From IMG/VR virus record IMGVR_UViG_3300037840_000041, positions 1,549 through 65,548 of that record: 64,000 nucleotides of DNA; one strand, given 5' to 3'. The position numbers and the translations under genes were made by a program. The notes under the pieces were generated by a model. The model was given only the letters and a program-made list of their open reading frames with translations. It had not been told where the DNA came from and made no database searches. This document shows, one piece after another, positions 46,884-54,418 of the stretch. The stretch is from a virus. Taxonomy: Duplodnaviria > Caudoviricetes. Every line of letters begins with the position of its first letter. Positions within the stretch are counted from its first letter, which is position 1.

Positions 46884-47003
46884 CTATTTGGCCTTCCGCG
46901 CTTTGCGTTGGCGCTTTTTGGCGCTCTTGCTCACGGGTTTCGGGCGATACCGCAGCACCACGTCTGCGATGGCGTCGAGAACCTTGGGCGTTTTCGGCTT
47001 CAT
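46884..47003 (-). CDS. 39-aa basic peptide inside the IS
   Basis: Read manually: MKPKTPKVLDAIADVVLRYRPKPVSKSAKKRQRKARKAK; ATGA overlap with the transposase stop. Confidence 0.55.
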   Translation of the reverse strand: MKPKTPKVLDAIADVVLRYRPKPVSKSAKKRQRKARKAK

Positions 47004-47923
47004 GCGATCAGCGCCTTATAAGTCAGGCGCTTGCCCGCAACGCCGTCAATGAAGCTGCCGAGCCGTTCCAGCGTGTGGCGAGCTACGTTGCCCTCATTCA
47101 ACCGGAAGGCAAATTCATCGACGTAGCGGCCAAGATGCTTTGGGCTGGCATGGTGGTAGACGCCGATCAGCCCGCGCTTGAGAACCGCGAACACGGACTC
47201 GACGCTATTGGTCGTCACGCCGTCGCGGACGTATTCGCCGCCGCTGTGGTTGACGCTCTCGTGCTCAAAGAACAAGCCGCCCATCGCGTGATAAACGGCG
47301 GCTTCGTCCGTGTGCAGCACCGAGCCGACTTCGACGTTCTGCACGATCACGTCTTGGATGGTCTGCAAATCGGTAGCCTCGATTTTGACCGCCTTCACGC
47401 GTCCGCCCTTGCCGCGCTCCTTCATGCCCAGCACGGCGGTTTTTCCGACCGTGCCGCGCCCCTGTTTCAGCTTCTTGTGCTCGTGCTTGTTCGCCTCGAT
47501 GCCGCCGACGTAGGTTTCATCGATTTCGACCAACCCTTGCAACATCGTCATGTCGCCGCCGCAGGCTTCCCGCAGCCGGTGCAGGACGAACCAAGCCGAC
47601 TTTTGCGTGATGCCGATTTCCTTGGCGAGTTGCATCGAGGATACGCCCTTGCGGGCCGTCACAAGCAGGTACATCGCGTAAACCCATTTGTGCAGCGGAA
47701 CGTGGCTGCGCTCGAAAATCGTGCCGGTGCGCACCGTAAAGTCCTCCCGGCACTGGTTGCAGCGGTAGAAGCCGCCCTTGCGCGCCGTGATCCGGTCGCC
47801 CATGCCGCAGACCGGGCAGCGCGGCCCTTCCGGCCACAAGCGGCCCTCCAAATAGACCCGCGCCGTCTCTTGATCTGGGATCATGGCGAACAACTCAAAC
47901 GTCGAAATGGTGGACTTGGACAT
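47000..47923 (-). CDS. IS1595-family DDE transposase
   Basis: Zinc ribbon CPVC...CNQC, 'FTVRTGTIFE.S..PL.KW', VEIDETYVGG, HTDE, VNHS, TN.VE, Y.DEF.FR.N. Confidence 0.95.
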   Translation of the reverse strand: MSKSTISTFELFAMIPDQETARVYLEGRLWPEGPRCPVCGMGDRITARKGGFYRCNQCREDFTVRTGTIFERSHVPLHKWVYAMYLLVTARKGVSSMQLAKEIGITQKSAWFVLHRLREACGGDMTMLQGLVEIDETYVGGIEANKHEHKKLKQGRGTVGKTAVLGMKERGKGGRVKAVKIEATDLQTIQDVIVQNVEVGSVLHTDEAAVYHAMGGLFFEHESVNHSGGEYVRDGVTTNSVESVFAVLKRGLIGVYHHASPKHLGRYVDEFAFRLNEGNVARHTLERLGSFIDGVAGKRLTYKALIA

Positions 47924-47993
47924 GACCGATTTACCCCTATTTCACAGGCGAAACATAGCAAATTTCACCGAGGTAGTAAAGTATATAATTCCC

Positions 47994-48034
47994 AAAAATA
48001 AAATCGGCGCCCGGAGCGTACCCCGAGCGCCGAT
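47994..48034 (-). terminator. Rho-independent terminator after the outer-membrane protein gene
   Basis: ATCGGCGC/GCGCCGAT stem followed on minus strand by TTTATTTTT; the U-tract is the IS target. Confidence 0.7.
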
Positions 48035-48053
48035 CATGCGACAGCGGGAAAAT

Positions 48054-48767
48054 TCAGAAAAGCGTCTTCACCCCCGCCATGACGCGGTTCGTCTCCTTGA
48101 CGCAGCCGCCGACGATCGCGACACCGATGCATTTCGCGGTGCTCGGGATCAGGTACTCTGCATAAGGCTCCATCACGATCCCATTGGAGAGCCTGATCTT
48201 GGTGCTCGTGCCGATGTCCAGCCCGAACATGATCTCCTGGAAATTCTGCAGTCCTAGCTTCGCGCCGACATCATCCCACGTCGGGGCCAGATAAATACTC
48301 GGGTTGGACGTCGTTACAGTGACACCTGCGGGGAGCGGATTGATCGACGGCACCGCGTTCTGCAATTGCGACAGTCCCGGGATCGCGGCGATCAGTTGGT
48401 CGATCGGCATGCCGACGCCGAAGCGCTGACGCAGGAAGATCGGCCCGGAGAACAGCGAGAGGCCGTTCGTGGTGCCGCCGTTGATGTTGTGGAAGTCGAA
48501 GTCGCCGTCGATGTACCAAAAGCCCACGGTCCCAACCGGGCAGGTCCACCCTACATTGAGGCCGATCATCCCCTGGGTCATCTGGGTTCCGGCCACGGCG
48601 TTTGCGACCGCGCCCGTCGCGCCACCGGCGTCGACGCCGTAGTATAGCCCGCACTTCGTTGTCGGGTATTTATAGGCCGTCGCCGGCGCCTTCGTCGGCA
48701 GATCAGACGCGGCCGCCGGCACCGCCATCAAAAACGCGGTGATCACCGCGCAAAGAATTCGTTTCAT
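48054..48767 (-). CDS. Outer-membrane beta-barrel protein (Omp25/RopB-like)
   Basis: Sec signal peptide, 'SDLPTKAP' N-terminus typical of rhizobial OMPs, amphipathic strands, terminal Phe. Confidence 0.75.
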   Translation of the reverse strand: MKRILCAVITAFLMAVPAAASDLPTKAPATAYKYPTTKCGLYYGVDAGGATGAVANAVAGTQMTQGMIGLNVGWTCPVGTVGFWYIDGDFDFHNINGGTTNGLSLFSGPIFLRQRFGVGMPIDQLIAAIPGLSQLQNAVPSINPLPAGVTVTTSNPSIYLAPTWDDVGAKLGLQNFQEIMFGLDIGTSTKIRLSNGIVMEPYAEYLIPSTAKCIGVAIVGGCVKETNRVMAGVKTLF

Positions 48768-48880
48768 GGTGATTCCCCAATTATGAGTTGCAGTCCGCGG
48801 ACGCTACGCCCGGCTATCCGCGGCACAAGGCCAACAATGAGGCACCGCCGGCGATTATGCCGGCGTGTGACTTTCCTGCA

Positions 48881-49318
48881 TCAGGAGGCAGCGACCACCG
48901 ATTGGGAGGGCGAGGCGTCAGCAGTCTTCTTGTCGGTCACGATCGTCTGCACTTCCGGCAGCGCGATGGTCGCTGCGATCAACGTGTTCTTGGCGTCGTC
49001 GCTGGTGGGGATTGATTTGTCTTGGGCGATGGCACTGGTCGCCTCGATTAGCGCCTTCTGCGCACTCACGGCCGCTGGGCCAGCTGTCCCTGTCGCTATG
49101 TTCTGGACCGACTTGATGTGGCTGGCTTGCGTGTTGGCGACTAACGACCAGATCGCAACGACGGCATAAGAGATCGGGCCGACCAAAGACAATGCGAGAT
49201 CAACATAATAATTAGCTGTGACGCCATTAACGCCTACCGCTGAGACAACAGTGCCGAGCGCTGGGATAATAATCCTCAGCTGGGCAGTAACCTGTTCTTG
49301 AGACGGGATCGCTGACAT
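48881..49318 (-). CDS. Putative holin
   Basis: Start ATG 49318; two N-terminal hydrophobic segments; in lysis cassette. Confidence 0.6.
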   Translation of the reverse strand: MSAIPSQEQVTAQLRIIIPALGTVVSAVGVNGVTANYYVDLALSLVGPISYAVVAIWSLVANTQASHIKSVQNIATGTAGPAAVSAQKALIEATSAIAQDKSIPTSDDAKNTLIAATIALPEVQTIVTDKKTADASPSQSVVAAS

Positions 49319-49340
49319 AAGGTGATGCTCCCTTCGGGCT

Positions 49341-49841
49341 TCAGTGAGGAATTTCAACGTGTGTCGAGAGAATAGCGAATAGCAGGTCCGGCGAGATATG
49401 ATGGAACGGCTTTGTCATCGGCCATGGGAATATCCCACAGGCCCGCAAACCGCCGCACATGAAGGCCGAACAGAAAATAGTCCCGACTTCGTGCAGGTGC
49501 ACCTCTGTCGCGACGAAGCCGAGAATTGCCTTCCAATCATAGGGTTCGCCAACATGCTTCTCGACGAACGCATAGAAGGCAGCCTCCTGCTCTGGCGTGC
49601 AGGGAATGGAAACGATGCGCTCGCTCTTGGAGCCATCCGGCAACACCATCAAGCTGTCGGCGTCGTAACCAACAGGGCGCCGCAGGATCCCGCCATCGAT
49701 ATGCGCCCCGATATAGAACTTGCCGTCTTGCGACAGCGCCTCGGCATGGCTCGGTGTGAACGGCATCGATGTGCCAGCCTGAAACCGGATCAGGCGCGAC
49801 GAAAAATCGGTGCTCGTGACGAAGCGCATGTTGACGGCCAT
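49341..49841 (-). CDS. Permuted papain-like NlpC/P60 (YiiX-like) amidase
   Basis: 'SHA' His motif first, then 'G.PYDW..I.G', 'FCS', 'ISP..L'. Confidence 0.75.
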   Translation of the reverse strand: MAVNMRFVTSTDFSSRLIRFQAGTSMPFTPSHAEALSQDGKFYIGAHIDGGILRRPVGYDADSLMVLPDGSKSERIVSIPCTPEQEAAFYAFVEKHVGEPYDWKAILGFVATEVHLHEVGTIFCSAFMCGGLRACGIFPWPMTKPFHHISPDLLFAILSTHVEIPH

Positions 49842-49843
49842 TT

Positions 49844-50029
49844 TTAGTCCTTGAGTTTTTCAGCTGCGATCTTTCTCGCTGAGCGCTCGAGCGCAATCAG
49901 CATGTCGAAGTCGTCGCGAAGCCGCTTCTCTTGAGCTTCGCCCTCATACCCGTTTGCATTCAAAAGCTGGCCTGTATGAAGATTGACGAGCGCCGCCTCG
50001 AGGATGCGATCGTAGTCGGCCAGCTTCAC
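49844..50029 (-). CDS. Small hypothetical protein
   Basis: GTGA overlap with the endolysin stop. Confidence 0.55.
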   Translation of the reverse strand: MKLADYDRILEAALVNLHTGQLLNANGYEGEAQEKRLRDDFDMLIALERSARKIAAEKLKD

Positions 50030-50901
50030 GTCGGCAGACCTTTCGCGGCCATGACTTTCTTGATGGCGCCGATCACCTCGGGGCCGGGGATGCCGCGATC
50101 CATGTCGAGATGCTGCTGCTGTTCGAACGCGCGGATCGCCGCGCGCGATCCTGGCCCGATGTTGCCGTCGACTCGAAGCGGCACGTTGGTGACGTGTAGC
50201 CGGTTCAATGACGACTGAATCCAGAAGGCGTCATCGACGGTGCCGTTCTCGTGCGGCACGACAGCGATCGGCGGTGCATCGGTGACCTTCGGGATGAGTG
50301 GAGCAAATGCCAGCGACGGGTCTTGCTTCACCAGTTCCTCGTAGATCGCCAGCGTGCCCAACTGCGGGTCCATCATCGTCGGGTCGAAAAAATGATCGCG
50401 CGGAAATTTGCCGGGCTTCTGGACGGTGGTCGCGCCGAACACATAGGGCGAAGGAAGACCGCGCCGGCGATAGCCGTCGCCGTTCAATTCCTCGGTGCCG
50501 TAGCAGAACAGCGGAATCGTCCAACCACCAAAGATCTTCGCCCACTGATCGAGACCCTCGAGTCGCAGCGCGTCCATGCAGCCGGCATAGAAATCATCGG
50601 GAAACGGCTGCGAAAATGGCCCACGATCAAGCGGAACGATCGTGGTGCGGACCTTCAGGCTTTGCCCGTTGCCGAGATAGCAATGGACGTTGCCGTTCAT
50701 CTCGCGATCTGACAGCGCCATCAGCATGGCAGTCGGCACGGTCGATATCGACTCGACGTGCTGATATAGCGGTTTGTTGGCGATCAGGTTTTTGCAGGAC
50801 GCGACGAGATCATGCTCGCGCTCCGGTTTGATAACCGCGCGCGCGGCGAGATCGGCATATTCCTTTTCACGCTCTGGCGTGAATGCCTGTACGGAGATCA
50901 T
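50026..50901 (-). CDS. Endolysin (lysozyme-like domain plus C-terminal peptidoglycan-binding domain)
   Basis: 'LGNGQ.L...T..VP..RGPF', 'E..NG.GYRRRG.PSPY.F..T','D.QLG'; C-terminal 'IQ..LN......VDG.IGP.SRAAIRAF...G..GP'. Confidence 0.88.
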   Translation of the reverse strand: MISVQAFTPEREKEYADLAARAVIKPEREHDLVASCKNLIANKPLYQHVESISTVPTAMLMALSDREMNGNVHCYLGNGQSLKVRTTIVPLDRGPFSQPFPDDFYAGCMDALRLEGLDQWAKIFGGWTIPLFCYGTEELNGDGYRRRGLPSPYVFGATTVQKPGKFPRDHFFDPTMMDPQLGTLAIYEELVKQDPSLAFAPLIPKVTDAPPIAVVPHENGTVDDAFWIQSSLNRLHVTNVPLRVDGNIGPGSRAAIRAFEQQQHLDMDRGIPGPEVIGAIKKVMAAKGLPT

Positions 50902-50922
50902 TTGGAATTTCTCCTCGTTTGT

Positions 50923-53142
50923 TTAGTGTCGTCTTCGCGCAATGAGAATGCCGCATACCGACTCGGTCGACAACGTAAATACCGAAGTTGCGACCGCGTA
51001 ATATGTGGTAGTGGCACTCACCAGCAATCGAGTTTGAGGCGTCGTTACGATGTTTGAAGCATTGCCCGTGACGAACCCGCTTGCGCCATATTGCAGGGTG
51101 GCCTGTCTGCCCGGAGTGGTCAAATCGTTGGTGGCCGACGTAGCATTCCATGATGCGTAATCCGCCGTGACATTGGTAGTCGCGGCCGGAACAAAATTCA
51201 AACTCAGAGAAACATCGTAATCTCCCGGCGGAAGCGAGATCGCGGCCACATTGGTTGCAGCGGAATTAGCGAGCGTCATCCCGCCCGTTCCGGTTTGTGT
51301 GCCGGATTGAGTGCCCGATGTGTTGACCGCAGTTCCGGCCAACGCATTCGCGATTGAAGTCGCAACCTTGAATGTGTTGCCGTTGATCGAGTTGCCGATC
51401 ACCCAATAGACCTGGCCAGCCGTCAAGCCCGTGGGGAGCGCACCGCTTGTCGTGAAGGTGATGGGCGCCGTCCAGTTGCCCGAACCCGCCGAGCCAACCC
51501 CGTAAGGGTTGCCCGTCCATGTGATGACAGCAGGACTTGCGATCGTGATGGTGACGGTCGAAGTGACAGCATTACTTGGAGCTGCGGCGGCAATATATTC
51601 ACCGACATATCCACCCGGCGCAGCGTCGTTTGACGTAGTGCCGTAAATGCCGCTGTTGGTGCTTCCTGTTCCTGGAAACGTGGTAGCCCGAGTATTGGCG
51701 TCGATAGTCGCGCTGTTCGCGAGCTGGAATTGCAGCCCCGTCGAGGACGCACCGGAGCCCGTTCCAGAATAAGTCTGGGCAGCGGTGAAGTTGGTTACCG
51801 CGTCCCCACCCGAACCGCTGTACCAAGCCGTGAATGTCTGCGCTCCAGATACGGTGAATGCCTGCGCGCCAGGACTGTTCCATCTGCCGCCGTTGTTCTG
51901 CACGAAATAATTGAAGCTGCTGGAAGTCCCATCGCCGACCTGATGCGTACCGGCATCAGAGACGAAAGTGCCGCCCGTTGCGATGCTGACAAAATTTCCT
52001 CCGACCGCAGAAGACCAAATCTCGTTGATGACCGCAACGATGCCCATCTTGCTGACGTTGATGACATTCAATCCGCTTCCGGTAGTGCGGAAAGTGAAAC
52101 CGCTCAGGACGATTACCGCGCCGTTGTCGGCAGTGATGCCCGCGGTATTCATTACAACCGAGCCAGGCGAACCGGCGTTGCCCGTGATGATGATCGCGCC
52201 TTCCTGGGAATTTGTCCCACCGACGAAAGCAGGCGACTCAGTGAACGACGCGTCGTTGACCTGAATATTTACGAAGCCAGCGGCAACCCCATTGAACAAC
52301 GCCTGCGATGCGACCTTGCCAGCATGCCCAATAGTCGCGAATGCCCTAGTGCTAGACCCGAGACCATCCCCCGTCGTGTCTGAGCCATTGGTATGATCGA
52401 CCTGAAACGTCACCGAGCTTTGCGCGTACCACGGGCCAGGGTTGATAGTAGTGGCCCACACACCGTTGACGATTTGAACCTGAATGGCCTGCCAGGGGAA
52501 TAAAACCGGAAAGGTGCCCGCTGGAAAGCCGGACAAGATTTTTCCAGCCGCCGTATCGCCGTTCAAGACTAGCACGGTGCACTTTGGATCAAAACCAGAA
52601 ACCGCCGGAAGAGTTATTGTGAACTTTCCGGTTGATCCCGTCCCGGCCTGCACTGTCTTGCTGCAATCCGTTGTCGCGATCGTGTAGTTCGAGGTTTGTG
52701 CGTTGAGAGTATTGGCAGCGATTCCGGCCGATGGAGTTGTGACGCAACTTCCCGCCGCAGACGACACTCCACCGCTTAACGCGGGAAGCTGCGAACAAGC
52801 AACATTGCCAGAGAGGGTCCACGCATGAGTGGAAGTATTGATCGTCCCGGTGGTGACCCACGACGCGCCGTCGTAAAAATTTACGGTGTCATTCGGTGAA
52901 GCTGACGTGTTGATCCAGCACTGCCCGAAAGCTGGTGCTGACCCAGGCCCGTTCGCCGGCGCGGTCGGCCCCCAATTGCAGGTCGCAAGCGCGAGCAGCG
53001 CCGGATTGAGATAGGTTGCGGTGAACGTCGCAGCCGACATCGGCCCCGAGGTCGGCGTCTGGTACGATGCCTGGTTCGCCGCAAGCGCAGGCGTGAGTGA
53101 AAGCCAGAGCGCGGCGACGAGTGATGCGAGGCGAGTTTTCAT
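50923..53142 (-). CDS. Tail fibre/adhesin-like protein with N-terminal signal peptide (739 aa)
   Basis: Start refined to ATG 53142; T/G/S/A-rich beta modules; MKTRLASLVAALWLSLTPALA leader. Confidence 0.75.
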   Translation of the reverse strand: MKTRLASLVAALWLSLTPALAANQASYQTPTSGPMSAATFTATYLNPALLALATCNWGPTAPANGPGSAPAFGQCWINTSASPNDTVNFYDGASWVTTGTINTSTHAWTLSGNVACSQLPALSGGVSSAAGSCVTTPSAGIAANTLNAQTSNYTIATTDCSKTVQAGTGSTGKFTITLPAVSGFDPKCTVLVLNGDTAAGKILSGFPAGTFPVLFPWQAIQVQIVNGVWATTINPGPWYAQSSVTFQVDHTNGSDTTGDGLGSSTRAFATIGHAGKVASQALFNGVAAGFVNIQVNDASFTESPAFVGGTNSQEGAIIITGNAGSPGSVVMNTAGITADNGAVIVLSGFTFRTTGSGLNVINVSKMGIVAVINEIWSSAVGGNFVSIATGGTFVSDAGTHQVGDGTSSSFNYFVQNNGGRWNSPGAQAFTVSGAQTFTAWYSGSGGDAVTNFTAAQTYSGTGSGASSTGLQFQLANSATIDANTRATTFPGTGSTNSGIYGTTSNDAAPGGYVGEYIAAAAPSNAVTSTVTITIASPAVITWTGNPYGVGSAGSGNWTAPITFTTSGALPTGLTAGQVYWVIGNSINGNTFKVATSIANALAGTAVNTSGTQSGTQTGTGGMTLANSAATNVAAISLPPGDYDVSLSLNFVPAATTNVTADYASWNATSATNDLTTPGRQATLQYGASGFVTGNASNIVTTPQTRLLVSATTTYYAVATSVFTLSTESVCGILIARRRH

Positions 53143-53143
53143 T

Positions 53144-54409
53144 TTACTGGACTCGGCTGACGGTGATCGTCGTATCGTGAGACCCGCCGCTCTGGTTGAA
53201 CGACATTCTAGAGGTCGTCGTGAACGCATCGCGGCAACTCAGCTTGACGATCCCGCCACTCGGATTGGTGATGAGCCCCGACATGGCGATCTGCGTCGGA
53301 TAGGTGCTAACAGGATTCGTGTTTGCTCCCGATCCGATCTTCGTCGTCCCGTCCCATAGCTGGCAAAAATATTGTCCGGTCGCCGTGTTCAAGATTGTTG
53401 CCATTCCAGACACCAGCCATGTCCCAGTACCGACTCCAGAGATGCTCGGGCCGTCGATATAGATTGCAGTGTTGTTTAGCAGAACATCTGATCCGAGAGA
53501 GGCGGTTTGCGCATTCAGATTGATGGCGCATGTTCCGGTCGTCGTGATCGTGCCGCCAGAAAGTCCGGTTCCGCAGGTCACGCTCTGGACGGTGCCGCCC
53601 GCGATCGCGGAGATCGCGCCCACGGTGACTTTCTTGAAAGCGTTGCCCGCCGCCGAATCGGCAATCATAACGAGGTCGGCGCTGACCGGCGTCGTCTTTG
53701 CGGTCAGGGCGGCAATCAAAATATCCGTCGGATTTGCACTTCCAGAGGTGTTGTTGCCCTTGAAGCTGAAGGCCGCTGACTGCGGTGCTGCTGCGGCCTT
53801 GGTATATTCCAGCATCAACCAGTTACTGCTGCCCATATACATCACGGCCGAGATGTCGCCAGCTTGCGTGACGACATTCGCGGCACCGAGCAGGATCATG
53901 CTCGTTGCGTTATATGTCAACGTCAGCGATCCTGCGAATTTCAGAAAATGGATTGAGCCGACACCTGCCGATGATCCGAACGAGTTTATCGTCGTCGTGC
54001 CGTTGATCGTCTTGAACGTCTGCGGGACCGACCCGAGGTCGGTCGTCGACCCCGAGGAGATCGCCGCGGTGACGATGCCTCCACCAATCTGAGGCGTCTG
54101 AAGATGGTTGGTCGAGTCGACGTACCAGAGATTGAACCAGCTGGCGCCGTCGTACTGCTGAATATAATTGATGTTTGTATTGAACCAGAGTTGCCCGGCC
54201 TGCGGCCCGCTCGGAGCGGATGCGCCAGACCACAGCGAGATCAGCGAATTGTTGCAGGCGTTGATATCGTTGACCAGCACCAGGCCAGACACCGTGCCGG
54301 TCGTCGGCATGATGCACGAGCCCTGCGATGCGCGCGCCGGCGGCGCTGCCAACGCGAACACGGCAGTCATGAACGCCGCGATAAGACGAAGCCTTGATGT
54401 CTTGAGCAT
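53144..54409 (-). CDS. Tail fibre-like protein with N-terminal signal peptide (421 aa)
   Basis: GAGGA RBS; 'SGASAP......GQLW.NT......YDG..W' fibre N-domain; MLKTSRLRLIAAFMTAVFALAAPPARA leader. Confidence 0.75.
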   Translation of the reverse strand: MLKTSRLRLIAAFMTAVFALAAPPARASQGSCIMPTTGTVSGLVLVNDINACNNSLISLWSGASAPSGPQAGQLWFNTNINYIQQYDGASWFNLWYVDSTNHLQTPQIGGGIVTAAISSGSTTDLGSVPQTFKTINGTTTINSFGSSAGVGSIHFLKFAGSLTLTYNATSMILLGAANVVTQAGDISAVMYMGSSNWLMLEYTKAAAAPQSAAFSFKGNNTSGSANPTDILIAALTAKTTPVSADLVMIADSAAGNAFKKVTVGAISAIAGGTVQSVTCGTGLSGGTITTTGTCAINLNAQTASLGSDVLLNNTAIYIDGPSISGVGTGTWLVSGMATILNTATGQYFCQLWDGTTKIGSGANTNPVSTYPTQIAMSGLITNPSGGIVKLSCRDAFTTTSRMSFNQSGGSHDTTITVSRVQ

Positions 54410-54418
54410 CGGTTTTCC

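Larger units (their letters stand above)
45908..47993 (-). mobile_element. IS1595-family insertion sequence with passenger genes (2086 bp)
   Basis: Terminal IRs GGGAATTATATACatgACTcCC / GGGAATTATATACtttACTaCC (19 of 22 match); 8-bp target duplication AAAAATAA at 45900-45907 and 47994-48001. Confidence 0.93.

Noticed and set aside
45977-48001. 674-aa plus-strand ORF spanning the IS
   Set aside because: Antisense shadow of the transposase and PAPS-reductase genes, which have clear motifs on the minus strand
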